From positions 53,568,001-53,632,000 of the forward strand of contig NC_087450.1 of assembly GCF_036321535.1 (NCBI RefSeq): a stretch of DNA of 64,000 nucleotides. Direction: 5' to 3'. The stretch comes from Camelus dromedarius (lineage: Eukaryota). The position numbers and the translations under genes are program-made. This document shows positions 1 to 12,825 of this stretch, in pieces (position 1 is the stretch's first letter; each line of letters opens with the position of its first letter). The notes under the pieces are model-generated. The model worked only from the letters and a program-made list of their open reading frames with translations, was not told the DNA's origin and did not search any database.

Positions 1-214
1 GGAACCTCATTTACACTAGACTGTGAATGACTTACTTGAAATATTAGGTCTAGGAGGAAGCTTAGAGGTGAAGTATCACCACCGCCATAAGGTACACCTA
101 CTTGCCACTAAACTGGGCTGGGTACTAGCCCCTGGGCTTCTAAGGATCTTTGACAGTATCAGTCATGAAGATAGCATTCTGAAGTGAAGAAAGTATGAGA
201 CTTATGACTGGAGG

Positions 215-405
215 ATCCATATGCAGGTCTGGTTTAGACCATTTACAAGCTTCATGACCATGATCCAGTTATAGAACCTTAATTTCCTTAAATGTAAAGT
301 GAGAATGACACCATATGCCTTGAAGGGTCATTGTGATGATGAAATAGTGTATATAAGGTCCTACTAGAGAGGCTGGCACATAAATGATCGTAAGTATTAT
401 TTTAT
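215..405 (+). mobile_element. MIR SINE (degenerate)
   Basis: MIR core and tail similarity: 'ccttaatttccttaaatgtaaagtgagaatgac...ggctggcacataaatgatcgtaagtattatt'. Boundaries approximate. Confidence 0.7.
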
Positions 406-424
406 TTTTGTGAAGAATATCAAT

Positions 425-938
425 CTATGTATATGTCTGTCTTATCTCCAAAAATGGCCCCTAATGGACCACACTCTCCTACATTCAAGCCCCGTGGGGA
501 CACCCCACACAGTATGTGGATTGTCTCTGTGAATTGTTTTAGGCAATAAAATGTACCAAAGTGACCCTGTAAGATTCTACTTTTATGCTCTTGCAAGTCA
601 GCCACCATTTAAGAAACCTAATTACTGAAGACGATGGCCACGTTGAGAGGCTCTCGAGAATGAGACGCTTCATGGAAAGAGAGGCCACGTGGGGATAAAC
701 CACTAAAGTGTGTGGGAAGCGAAGCCATCTTGGATATTTCATTCCAGTCAAGTTCCCAGCAGATTCCAGTGCCAGATACCATCTTATTGTAATCTCATGA
801 GAGACTCAAAGCAGCCAGCAAAGACCCATCCAACTGAATACAGATTTAACTGACAGAATCATAAGCAATTACAATAAATTGCTATTTTAAGATGCTAAAT
901 TTTGCAGTAGTTTCTCACACACAAAAGATAACCAAAGT
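425..938 (+). mobile_element. MaLR solo LTR, old MLT1 subfamily (MLT1G/H-like)
   Basis: 5' 'aaaatggcccctaatg', internal 'aagccatcttgga', 3' end 'ttttaagatgctaaattttgcagtagtttctcacacacaaaagataacc' resembles the MLT1 terminus. Confidence 0.7.
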
Positions 939-1769
939 AATGCCTGACACTTCCATTCTACTGTTTGCTTCCTAGAAGTAGGAATCACATCTTCTTACTT
1001 CTCTGGATTTCAGCATATAGCATGGGAACTGGCCAAAAGTAAGTATGAAAGAAGTGTATGTTGAGTAAATTAGTAATGGAATGAAATTAATCTCATCAAC
1101 CCATTCCTTTTTCAGAGAGTGGGACAGTCCAGAAGGAAGAGAGATATCCAACCAGTAATGACAAGTGAATGATGCTTGCTCCTTGTTCTTCACTCATACT
1201 CCCAAACTAGATCTCTCTCTCATGTTCACTCGAGCGATCTACAATTCTAGCATTTATTTGCTTCCCAGAGGCTGAAGAATGTTAATTCCCTGGTAGAAGA
1301 TCTATTAGCCCTTTTTCTTTCCACCAGTATAAGGATCTTCAGGGCAGCTCTCTACCCAAGCTTGATTCCTGGGAGCAATAGTTCTCCATATGGGTTTGTA
1401 GGTGAACCCAATGGTGTCTTCTGTAAGAGGAATCATCCTTGTAATTAAGTGTCTATGCTTGTGCTTTCAATATAAACCCATGCCTGGCTGGCTCCAGGAC
1501 AGCTGAGGCATCAGGGACTGCCTGGGGTTGGTGCTTTTGGAATTGAGACTAGATTGGCGAGTGCCTTGATACCTACACTAAAGAGCATGAACGTGGACTT
1601 GCTGGGACTGACACAGGGGCTAATGGTGAGAAAAGGGCTGCCTTTAGAAGGTCTCTTCTAGAACTTGAATAGATTCCTCCAAAATCTTCGCTCCACTCCT
1701 TTGTGCTGCGACTCACTCATCTTCTAACCATGGGTTCTTTATTGGATAAAGAGAATCACCACCCATTCC

Positions 1770-2781
1770 AGCATTCCAGACCAGAAATCTGGGCACTTTC
1801 CTTGACTCCTTTTTCTCCCTCTGGCCCCACATGCAATTAGTAACCATTCCAACCACCATCACCACTATCAAGCCTTGAATGTATGCTATGTGAACAACAA
1901 CCCCAGGGGATAGGTGCTCATTGTTATTATGACACTGTTTTACCCAGAGCTCGCTAAAGCAGAGAGCGATTAGGAGACCTGCCCAAGGTCAGGGGCAGGA
2001 TTGAAAGACAGCCGGATTCACACCCTGTGCTCTTAAGCATGGCCCCAGGCTGCCTCTCTAGTAAAGATACCCTTGAAAGGTCTCTGTTGTGTTCTCTCCT
2101 CTCTACTTCCTCTGCCACTCCCACCATCATCACTTCTCTTGGAAAGGTTTATCCCAATAGTCTCTTAACTTCTCGTCTAAAGTCTCCTTTCCAAGAACAT
2201 TCTCCACAGGGACTCCAGAGCGAGATTTCTAAACTGTCAGTCTGACCAGCTCCTTCAGTCCATGGCCCTCCAAGGTCTACAGGGTGAATTCCAAAAAAGG
2301 TAGCCTACAGACATTTCAGCTTATCTTACCCCTGCTATCACCCCCGCAAATACCTGGAAGTTCCAGCTGGGCAGAATGTCTTGGAGTTCCCCCAAATACA
2401 CCAGCTCTCACGTAAAGGTCTCATCTCATTGTGTCCTCACTGCCACCATCATCCCTGCCACCACCAATCCACCTCGACCTGGCTTTCTCCAATTTCCACT
2501 TTAAGATCCGGCTTGCTCTGTGTCCCAATCACTGGGAGGCACTCCTGGGACCTTCCAGTATTTCTGTCCTGAAAAGCTTGGCTCTGTTCTAAAACCTGTC
2601 ACAATAGAGTGTATTTACTTATTTACATAAATCTCTCTCCCACTATGTGTGTGCTGCCTGGTACAATCTCTGCCTCCTACCGCAAAGTATGACACCTGCT
2701 TGGTGCTCGGTACTATTAAAGGGATGGATGGATGGATGGATGGATGGATGAATAGATGAATGGATGGATGAATGGATGGAT
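1770..2781 (+). mobile_element. L2 LINE 3' fragments, interrupted by a minus-strand MIR at about 1910-2060
   Basis: L2 motifs such as 'ccagaaatctgggcactttccttgactcc', ending in the typical L2 tail that runs into (GGAT/GAAT)n. Confidence 0.6.
2722..2781. repeat. (GGAT)n/(GAAT)n simple repeat, L2 tail-derived
   Basis: Directly visible: ggatggatggatggatggatggatggatgaatagatgaatggatggatgaatggatggat. Confidence 0.9.
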
Positions 2782-2902
2782 GCCTAAGTACAATTTTCTT
2801 TTCCTGAAAAAGAATTACTTCTTACCCACCCCGCCCCCACCAGACTAGATTTTTTTTTCCTCAATCCTGCCAATTAGAGGATATTATTGCTTCTATCAGC
2901 CA

Positions 2903-3090
2903 NNNNNNNNNNNNNNNNNNNNNNNNNNNNNNNNNNNNNNNNNNNNNNNNNNNNNNNNNNNNNNNNNNNNNNNNNNNNNNNNNNNNNNNNNNNNNNNNNN
3001 NNNNNNNNNNNNNNNNNNNNNNNNNNNNNNNNNNNNNNNNNNNNNNNNNNNNNNNNNNNNNNNNNNNNNNNNNNNNNNNNNNNNNNNNNN
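2903..3090. other. Assembly gap (188 N)
   Basis: Run of N. Confidence 0.99.
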
Positions 3091-3162
3091 CAGAAGCTCT
3101 CTCCCTGTATAATGAACGACGCAGAAGGTGAACCTTGTTTAAGGGCTGATTCTGACAGGATT

Positions 3163-3350
3163 GTACAGCGGAAAGAACCTGGGCTTTGGAATCACACTTA
3201 GCTCTTTCTGTCACCTGTAGCGAGGCAGCAAGCTCCCTGGGCCTTAGTTTCTCCATCTGTTAATTGGGAATGAGAACGCCTACTTAATAGTGTGCCCTGA
3301 GGGAATGAAAGAAATGACCATTACGAGGCTCCTGGCCTCGAATAGTTGCC
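3163..3350 (+). mobile_element. MIR SINE
   Basis: 'gtacagcggaaagaacctgggctttggaatcacac...ccttagtttctccatctgttaattgggaatgagaacgcctac' matches MIR head and core. Confidence 0.8.
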
Positions 3351-4729
3351 TCTAGATTTTCATTTTCTTGGTGCTTTGGCTTCCTGACGCTGCACCTCCA
3401 GGACACTGCCCCCTCCCAGCCTCCTTTGCAAACAAATCTCACCTCAAACATGACTTACGCTCCCTGGATCCCTGAAGTGGAGGCTACCGCCCCATGTGTG
3501 TTTCCATTTCACGTACTAGGAATCCACTGGACAATGTAGCATCTAGCTTGGCCACGAAGCATCCCTTAGGCCTTGAGAATGGAATGTCAGAACAGCTGGG
3601 GTCGGTCGCAGGGACTGATGAGGTAGCAAAGCAGACCGCAGCAAAATTCCGGGCAGCTGTCTGTGTGGTCTGCGGCAACGCTCTGATAACCAACCATCGT
3701 GGCCATTCGCTGTCTCCTGATTCGGCTGGGCTTAGACCAGCACCAACAAACCCCTCTGCCCAGTACAATGCCCCAGCGTGGACTGGAGCCCCTTTGCTCA
3801 GCAAGGACTCGTGGGCATTCATGAGAGTCCAGCTGCAGCCCGCTGCAGCCAGTTCTTGGGGTGATGTGATTCAAAGCAGTAAATTGATGGGCCTTCAGGA
3901 GCCCAAGAAGGAGGGCGCTGAGAGCTGAAGGCCAAAACAAACAGCAGCACTGTGACCATCAGAGCAAAGCAAGGGCTCACCAGGAAGACTCGGGGCTCAG
4001 GGTGGCTCTAAGAGCTTGTAGCCCAGGCCACCGGCAAGCTGATACTTCCTTAGTGTCTCAGCTTTACATCCACCAAGGGAGGAGCCCGCTGGCCAGCTCT
4101 TTTGTGGAGCTATGACTGCCACCTGTGGTGACCAGCCTGATTTGGACAAGTGGACCCCCCTCCCCAGAAGAGGGCAGTACCAACGGCAAGACAGGGCTAA
4201 CGGTTCCTCTGGCCATCCCCTCTCTTCCAAGCTGGAGGAATTTCCCAGCCCCCTAGTAAGTGAGCATCACCTGCACAGGACATTCTGCAGGTAGTTAGGT
4301 CTTCAGAGGGAAACCCTACAGGGACCTGCATCGGCGTCTTTATCTCTCAGGTGGGGGTGAACGGTTCCTTTCCATTTATTCCTTTGATTGAAAAGTTCAA
4401 GTTAAAGGACCTCATTCCGGTATTGTGTAAACAGCAGTAACAGAACCATTGTCGGGCCCAGGTGCTCACGATCTCTCGGTACGAGGGAAGGACCCCTCTG
4501 ATGGAGAGAGCCGATCCCCTCTCACCCATGCTCATTCCACGTCTCAGACACTCAGTGAAGAGAAAAGCCTTGGGGTTTTCTATGTTATAGAGTAGGAGCC
4601 AGCTCTGAATTAAAGTTCTTAAAGTAGGGATTGTACGAGAAAATTAAGAAGTCTCGTGAGATGTGCTGTCTCTAAAATATTTATGGTCAGGGCCATGTCC
4701 TTTCACACTGAAATTTCAAGGCAGTTTGG

Positions 4730-5430
4730 TGAAGCACCAAGAATAACAACTTCAAAGCCAGACCTCCCAGCTTCGAATCCCACGTCCATGCTTGTGTGAC
4801 CTTGGACGAGTCCTTTTATCAATGGTTAAGTGTTCATTTCCTTGGCTACAAAATGAAGCTTGCATCTACAGCAGAGGGCTGTGCATTGATCAGAGAGGCA
4901 CCCAGAGTAGCTGCTAACAGTGAAAGCTCTACAGGCAGTTTGTCAAGGTTTAGACCCTGACTCCAGCCCCCTCCAGCAGGGCAGCTTAGGCGAGTGGTTT
5001 TGCAGGGTCTCAGTTTCCTCCAAGGCAAAAACACAGTGATAATTGTACCACCCTCCCAGGATCAGTGAGAGAATTAAGTGAGTCTCCCATGGTCTGAATG
5101 GTACTGGTAGGTGGGGCCTTTGGGAGGTGCTTAAATCAAGGAGGGTGGAGCCCTCTTGAATGGGATTAGTGCCCTTGTAAAAGAGACTCCGCAGAGTTCC
5201 CTTGCCCCTTCCAACTTGTGAGGACACAGCTAGAGGTCAGTAGACCCAGAAGAGGGCCTTACCTGACCATGCTGGCACCATGACCTCCAACTTTCAGCCC
5301 CAGAACTGTGAGCAATTAATTTCTGCTGTTTAAAAGCCACCTGGCCTGCGATAGTTGCTAAGAGCAGCCCAAACGGACTAAGACAGAGTTAGCATGAACA
5401 CAGTACCTGGTGCATGGAAGGCTCCCATTC
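4730..5430 (+). mobile_element. Two tandem MIR SINE copies; the second is split by an MLT1A0 LTR
   Basis: MIR cores at about 4790-4860 and 5000-5084; the second resumes at 5386 ('gagttagcatgaacacagtacctggtgcatgg'). Confidence 0.7.
5085..5385 (+). mobile_element. MLT1A0-type MaLR solo LTR (short 5' deletion)
   Basis: 'ggtggggcctttgggaggtg...gagggtggagccctcttgaatgggattagtgcccttgtaaaagagac', end 'gcagcccaaacggactaagaca'. Near-perfect 5-bp TSD GAGTC (5080-5084) / GAGTT (5386-5390). Confidence 0.9.
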
Positions 5431-7099
5431 GTTGGCCATTGGGATTACTGATTTCTTCAAGCACTCATGGAGTGGCTCCTCCATGCCAGGTCCCAGCCCC
5501 GGCGTCATCAGGCAGAGGTGAGGAGAACGCAGTCCCCAAGGGGCTTGCTGGCCACCGGACAAGAGGACACAAACACACAAGTAATTGCAGCGGTGTGGCA
5601 GGCTGCAGAAGAGAACTGGACCCACCCAGAGAATTCCAGAAAAGGTGACGCTTGAGGCGAGCCTTGAAAGATAGCAAAAATGTTCAGAAAAGTGAAAGAA
5701 CGTTCCAGAGAGCAGGGCCCGAACGTGCCGAGACCCAGCGGGGAGAGAGCAGGGTCGGGGGGTCTGCAGAAAGCAGAGCATTCGGTGCAGGACCCTTGGA
5801 GGGAGGACACGTGTCCAGCCCCAGGAAGGCTTTATCCCGGCTGACTGCAAACGGAGCCGAGCCGAGAGACCTTGGGTTTAAACTCTCCTGAGTCCCAGCT
5901 GCGAGAATGTAGATTAATTTCCCAATTTGTAAAATTAGAGTATTAAAAGCGACGATCATTGAGATCTTTCTCAGCTCTGAAGCAATTTAACTCTCACCGG
6001 CTTGCAACCTCCCGGGAGGCAAATTGTGTATTCTGGTCCTTCCCGTCTCCGCGGGGGCCAGTTTTATGCCCGAGAAGCGCCTTTTCTGCTTTCTGAATTT
6101 TCTAGTCTTCTCTAGTCTTTTCTAGCAAGTATTTACAATACTTACCCACCCCGAATCTGTGTGTTTCCTCATTAAAACGAATCAAAAGCGCCTATAGAGA
6201 GGATGTCAAGGCTTTTAAAATGTAAAACCGAAATTTGATCATCACCTGAATTTGTCTCATTCCAAGGATGCTGAGGTCTGGGAGCATCTTGGACAAAGGC
6301 AGCCTAGGACTCTCCAGGGTAGACAACCTGGGAACATGAGAGTGACTTCCAGCCCCGGCTCCTGAGCCCGATAAAATTAGCCGAAAAAACTGATCTCCAT
6401 GGCAACAGGAAATTTGTTTCTTAAAGAAGGTTAGGAATAATGCCTTTGGAAGAAACTCCAGGCACATAGAATATTCTCAGATTACACATAAATGGTGTCT
6501 ATGCCAACAAAATGACAGGCCAGGCGGCTCAATTATCTGGATAATTTAGGCCTGAACTAGTGATTTGTAAAAGAATAGAAGGCTTTTAAGACCTGAAGAA
6601 TGGAATGTGGCAGGTAGGGCCCAGGCTCCCGGGAGGGCTTTCGAAGCCTCTCCCCAAACAAGTCCTCTCTGCCAACTGGGGAACCAGAACAGAACTCCCG
6701 GGCCCAGGGTGTGGGCCTCTGCCAGGTATTTCCCCAGAAGGAATGAGGAAGGCGTGGAATTGTGAGCTGGATAGTCAGGTGGCAGGTGAGTACCCGAGGG
6801 CGCCCCAGGCAGAGAGAAACCAGCATCTCAGCTGATTCAGGGGGCAGGTTGATTTCCACACTGGTGTCCAAACATCCCCGTTTTTGCTCAAACAAAAAGG
6901 GAGCCAAGATCCCAAGATCCTCCTGCCCACTTTCTCTCCAACACATCTCCCTTGTCTACACATTAGCCTTCTTTCTTCTCTCCCTCCATCTTTACTGCCT
7001 TCATTCCATCCCTCCTTGGAAGATGGAAAGCCATTTGGGAAATTGAAGCCCCTTTCGCTTTGATCTGTTTTTGAGTGACAGCAAAGCGAGGACCGCTGC

Positions 7100-7270
7100 T
7101 GGAGGCAGGCTGCTCAGATTCAAATTCTCCAGGCTTTTCTGGGATTCAGTTCCTCATTGGTAAAAAGGGAGTGAATATAGAGGTGACTTCCTCTTGGCAT
7201 TGGGATGAGCATCAGATGAGTTAATATTTGTAAACACTGCACGTAGGAAGCGCTGTGTACGCATGTGATT
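7100..7270 (+). mobile_element. MIR SINE
   Basis: 'cagttcctcattggtaaaaaggga...cagatgagttaatatttgtaaacac' is MIR core and tail. Confidence 0.7.
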
Positions 7271-8279
7271 AAATCCCCCAAATCATTTAAAATGCTGGAG
7301 CCACTGCAAGAATCAGAGTAGACTCTCAGACACAGAGGCACCCTGGTAATTCCTGGGCTGAGATCTCTTTCACTGTGGATCGTTAAAGAATTACAGATGA
7401 TGGGAGGTGCCACATGTCATCCTGTCTCCTTGTTGCTCAGATGAGAAACTGATGCCCCGAGATGGAAGGCAGTATGGAGTCCCAGGTGGCCTCAGGAGTT
7501 TTCTGAAAGAGACTTTCTGCCTTCCAGGCCAGGCCAGGGGATGCTGTGGCCACAGCCTGCAGGAGGGCCATGAGGAGCCAAAGCCGGAGGGCTCCCCATG
7601 AAGCCTGTGTCCCCATCTTTCCTACCTGCAGGGCCTTACTTCTGCCCAGGGCCGTGGCATATTAATAGATATTTCCTGAAAAAAACATTGAAAATAAAGG
7701 CTTTTCTGGTTGTCTGCACTTGGGGAGCTGCATAGACTGGAGTCACCAGTGCAAAGAATCTAAAAGAGTTCAGGGAAATCCTGCGGGAAAGAAGTCACTA
7801 TATGTCTAACGTAGCTTGTCCCAAATTTATCTGAATTCAGAGTCCCTTTGAGTCCAGCGTCTTGTGCGAATAATGTCCCCCCAATACACAACGCTGAGGA
7901 GGACCCACTCCCCAGTCAGTGATTAGCAAATCCTGACCACGCTGGGGAACACGTTGGTCCCCGAATTCCCTGGCTCACTCCCTGCCCCGGCAAGTGCTCT
8001 GGAAATGTTTTCCTGACATCTTGTCTCCCTTTTGCTTGTGTTTATTTGTTTGTTTACCTGTTTGATGGCTCCTTAATGAAGGAAGATATTTCTCCTGCAA
8101 AGATAAGGATCCCAGTGGCCCCCCGATTTGCAGGAACTCAGCTCATAAATTCTCTCTCTGAAGAATTCTTTTCCGTAGTTACATCTGATAATCACTTCTG
8201 AGACCCACCCCCAGCTACGGGGATTCCTTGCACCACCACTTACAGTATTTCAGCTGCTCCAGAACCTGGAGGAATTCAG

Positions 8280-8540
8280 AGCAGGAGCTTTAGAAGCCAA
8301 GTGGGAGTCCAGGCTATGGCATTTCTTAGCTTTGGGACTTGACCAAGTCACTTAATTGCTCTGAGCCAGAGTCTCCATCCTAAAGCATAATAATATCTAA
8401 TTTTTATCGAGCACTTACTGTTTGCCAATAACTGTGTTAACAGCTTTATGCATATGATCTCATTTAATTCTCACCCTTTGAGAGGAGAAAATGGGGGACA
8501 GAGAAGTTATTTGTCCGCAGAGTAAATAATGTGCCCGTAA
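8280..8540. mobile_element. Two MIRs tail-to-tail (+ then -)
   Basis: Plus-strand MIR core to about 8395, then 'atttttatcgagcacttactgtttgcca...catttaattctcac', the reverse of a MIR tail. Confidence 0.7.
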
Positions 8541-8727
8541 CGCAAATCTACCTATTGGGTAATAAGTCAGTGACAACACTTGAGCAGTAATCCTTGGGGT
8601 CCTGCTGGTGGTTGTGAGAACTGAGTTTTATGATGTATTGGTTCACAGTGGGAACCAGCAAATGTCACTTCCTTCTCTCTTCTGGTTCCCAACTATTAGA
8701 CTGGGTCCAAGGAAAAATGACTTTATT

Positions 8728-8780
8728 TCCCTCCCTCCCTCCCTTCCTTCCTTCCCTCTTTTCTTCCTTCCTTCCCTCCC
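8728..8780. repeat. Polypyrimidine (CCCT/CCTT)n tract at the end of a minus-strand L2
   Basis: Directly visible; followed by 'ttcatcaaacatttattga', the L2 tail in reverse. Confidence 0.8.
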
Positions 8781-11700
8781 TATTTTATTTATTCATCAAA
8801 CATTTATTGAAAATGTTCTCCATGTTCCATACCAGGTTCTTTATTAGCAACTAAGCAAAACTGAGTAAGGCAGGGCTGTCCCTCCCTTTGTCTCGTTCTG
8901 CAGTGTTAGCTAATTCCACGGGAACACACACCAAAAAAGACAGCCTAGAGCCCACCTTCCCGTGTTGTTTCAATGTCACCCACGCCTTGAGCACCTCCAA
9001 GGTGAGACGGTTCTCCTTTGTCTTCTTTAATCATCACAGCCTCCCTTAGGTATCACTGTGTTGATTTTTATATAAAAGCAAATCTGAGACCTGGGCGGCT
9101 CAGGGACTCATCCCCCAGGGCACAGTGAGAAGCTAAGCCCCCCCGCCTGCTTTTTTCCCGCTGACCTGGGCTTCCTCCCAGTGTCCATTTCTCTGGGCTG
9201 ACTTTGCAAATGATGACTCAGAGATTTCTGGGGATATTTTTCTCCTTTTTTGAGGGTTGGGAGGGAGTATTTCGTTTGTCACTATTGCCACTCTTCAGTC
9301 CCCGACTCAAGAATGATCACAACCCAAGTCCCACAGGGCAGCCCGGAGGTGGGGTGATGGGGCCCCTGGCCCTGCCTGCCCAGGGAAATGCCTGGGGTTG
9401 GTTGGCCAGCTGCCAGATTTACTGCCGCTCCCACAGCTGTTTCCAGCCAAGGTGAGGACTTCCTCTTAATGGTGTCGTTTACAAGTCAATAAAGCAGGAT
9501 GGAGCATGTTTCCGCCGCTGGCCCCACCTCGCTGGGCTCTGGGGGCTCACCCTGCCATTGGGTGTGAAGCTGGCTGCCCGGGGCCTCATTCTTGCCCTAA
9601 CAGCCCTGCTCTCTCACCAGCCCCAGAGCACCGGCCATAAAGGCCCCCTCCCTTCTGACGAGGGCAGAGTTCAAAGCTTAGGCTCCCCAGGATCCCGTCC
9701 TAAACTGTCAGCCCTGCCCCGCTTTATGGCTCCTGCTCCCCCATCCATTGCTCAGCACGAGAGCCAAGCCACTGGGGCCTTATCTCCCAGCAGAGATAAA
9801 GGGCTCTGGGAAGCCGGCCACCCCAAGGTGCCCGGGCCCACAGCTCGCCTCCCTCTGCTCCCTGGGGTCAGTTAAATGAGCTGGAGGAAAGATGGCCTTT
9901 TTCAAGCCCACAGGGAAGACACACCCTCTGGGTGCTGGGTTTTCCTCTATCTGAGCCTCCAGGGGCAACACTTCTAGTGGAAGGGCAGAGGGGACAGCTC
10001 TGGACTCCAGGGGCTCACGACATCCCTGCAGCCCCCCAGGCCAAGGTGATAATGAGGTGAGAGAAGATGGCAGCTTAATGGGTCTGTGGCTGTGGGGAAG
10101 GGCAGGGCCGGGAGATGCTCAGGCCCAGGCAAGCTGCAGCCCTGCGGGAAAGGGGACACATCCACGTCACAAAGCTCGGTGACGGCAAAGCCAGATCAGG
10201 CCCGCTCAGACAGGTGCTCACCCATTTGTTCAAGACACATACGTAGGGCCCCTCTGCGCACGGGCCTGTGCAGGGTGCCGTGAGCTCAGTTCCAAGGACC
10301 ACTGCTAACCCGCCCAGGGATGCCTGCCGGAGGGAGGGCGAGTCCTGAGGAGCAGATAGGAGTCTGCTGGGTGGAGAAGGCGATACATTTACTGAAGGGA
10401 AAAGCAGATACTGAAGGCAGGATGCATCCAGGGGGCTGTGCGGCTGAGAGAAGGGAGGCCGGGGCAGGGCTCAGGCGGGGCGTCTCCTGACAGTGTCACA
10501 CTCAGAGGGGAAAGTGGCATCAGCTGTTTCATTGCTGCCTCCTGGCCCACGCTTAAACCAGAGATGCTGCACACATAGCTCTTTTCCATCTGGTGGTCCT
10601 AAAAAGCCGAGTGGGGAGAGCCTGGGCCCCCTATCCCCTCACCCACACAGTCCAGGAAGGGGCAGCCTGTATGCACTGATACCAGCTCGGATACCAGAAT
10701 GACCAGGACCGTGACCCCAGGGAGAGAACAGTCTAAGGGATGTGTTACCTTGCCACCTGCCAGGATACAAATATCTAGTGGTCCAGCAACCCTAAACCTT
10801 ACTCTGTGCACTGCCTGTGGCGCTAATCCTGCTCTCAGAGACTTGGCAGTGGTGGTTAGAGTGGGACTCCCACTTCTCAAGAGAAACACTAAGTCCAAGA
10901 GATGTTACAAGGACAACGGCTAACATCAGGCCACCGCTAGCCTATCGAGTAGAAAAGGTGCCCGGCAAGGCGGATGCAGCCTGCAGGAACTGGGCTTCTG
11001 CGCCTTTGGGCAAAGGAGAAGGCGCCCCACCCTCTGGGCAGATGCAGGGGTGCACCTGGGAGCACGAATTGTCAGGGAAAGCGTCCGCTGGTCAGCAGCC
11101 TCCCTGAATGAGCATCCTTGTGCAACTTAATGTGGGCACCTTGAGCCAGAAAGAGAAGTAGAGAGACAGCGGAGGCTGCAGTCAGGCAGAGGTGTGATTC
11201 AGTCCCAGATTCAGGACACAACTTACTGGCCTTGCAGCTGTGGATAACTCACCATCCCTTCCTGTGCAGACTCAGGCTGATAAGACCTGTGCGCAGGGCT
11301 GGGTGAAGATTCCCGAGCAGAGAGCAGTGATTGTTATCCCCGAGCCTCCAGAACAGAAGATGAAGGATTCCCCAGGGCCCTGGATGTTTTCCTTCCTTCC
11401 TCACTTAGAGACACGTCTTAGTTACTTGTTTCCTGCCTCCATATAATTACAGTGCGAGAGCCTCATTCTCCAGGCCTGTTTTAGTGAAGGAGGAAGGAAG
11501 TCGCAGGCCTTTTCGCCACAACTCCCCGCTTAGAGACGCCAGCTGGGAATTTGACTAATCTGTGACTGCAGCCAATAACCCCTGCATGTTCCAGATCAAG
11601 GTACCGCACAGGCCATTCGGGACTGCACGGGTCGCCATCCGTCAGCCACTGTTCTCAGCCCGACCTCCAGCACACACATCCTCTCCCGCAGCCCTGTGCC

Positions 11701-12654
11701 TGGATGGTGTGGGGAGGGGGAAGTCCCTCCACACACACACTGCAGAGCCCCAGGGCCACTCCTGCCACTGGCCACTCTCGCCAGGAGCTGGACTGTGAAA
11801 ACATCCCTTGTGCATGTCCCTTCTGCCTGGGCAAGTGTGCACCGGGAAATACTTGCCAACAGCCTCAGCAGAGATGGGAACCAACAGACGAGGATGCTCC
11901 TTTGGGGCCCAGCTTAAAGACCCCGCATATCTAGAAGGGACCCCTGGCTCTGTCTGGAGATTTCCTGGAAGAGAGTCATTTCCATTGAGTCGAGGGAAGT
12001 AGACAGAACTCTGAAACTGGCTCTGCTTTCTGCCTTGAGCAAGTTTCTTCTCACCTGGTAGCAAACTCTTCTCTAAAACAGCAGAGGAAGAATGCATAAC
12101 CCCTACAGGCCGTTCCAGAGCTGACAGCCTGGGGTGCTGCAGTTCTGGGAATTACAGAGGATCCCTGCCTCATTGGTGGTATGAACTCAAAGAGAACATT
12201 TATTTGTGAACACTCAGCTGTGAAAAGAAAGAGAGAAACTTCTGTTTCGGGGAGATGGTGGCAGAATCCACTCAGCTTTTACAGAAAGAGTCAGAAAGTT
12301 GTTTTGCAAACCAAGTTGCGCTGAACGAAGCATCTTAGGCATCAAGGAAGAGGCTCCCTGTCAGCCTAATAAGAGTTTGGATCTTTGAACAGAAACCACC
12401 TTTATTGTTTAAAGCATCAACAGGCAGGAACATTCTAGTTAAGATCCGCCTGCATTAAGGATTGTGTTTCAGCTAAGATGTGAGAGATTTACGGCCTTAT
12501 TCATCCCACACTCCCAAAGTGCCTGCCTGCTACGCGTCAGGCCTCCTGCTGAGAACAGAGAAACAAGACACCTCTCCTGCCCTCCCAGCAGGCCCACTCT
12601 AGGGGCAGTCTGGAGGAGGAGCCCCGCGTACTAATGATCTTCAGGAACATCAGA

Positions 12655-12825
12655 GGCCTGGGAGGCGGGTTGAGCAAGAATTATCATCTCCATCTCACAA
12701 AATGGAGGCTCAGAGAGGTGCACCCATTTGTCTGAGGCCACACAGCCAGGGAATTGGAAGAGGAGTTTGCAAATTCCGATCTTCTGACACACAGGCCAGA
12801 GCTCTCTCCACTCGGCTTCTGTATG
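12655..12825 (-). mobile_element. MIR SINE
   Basis: 'attatcatctccatctcacaaaatggaggctcagagaggtgcacccatttgtctgaggccacacagcc' is the reverse MIR core. Confidence 0.8.

Noticed and set aside
6101-6125. Short 10-bp periodic repeat (tctagtcttc/t) and the 13-mer cttacccaccccg shared by 2821 and 6141
   Set aside because: Too short to be a repeat array; compatible with slippage or chance in 64 kb.
10680-10925. Possible old ERVL-type LTR ending in 'ggctaaca'
   Set aside because: I could not match it to a consensus or find a TSD, so it is not called.
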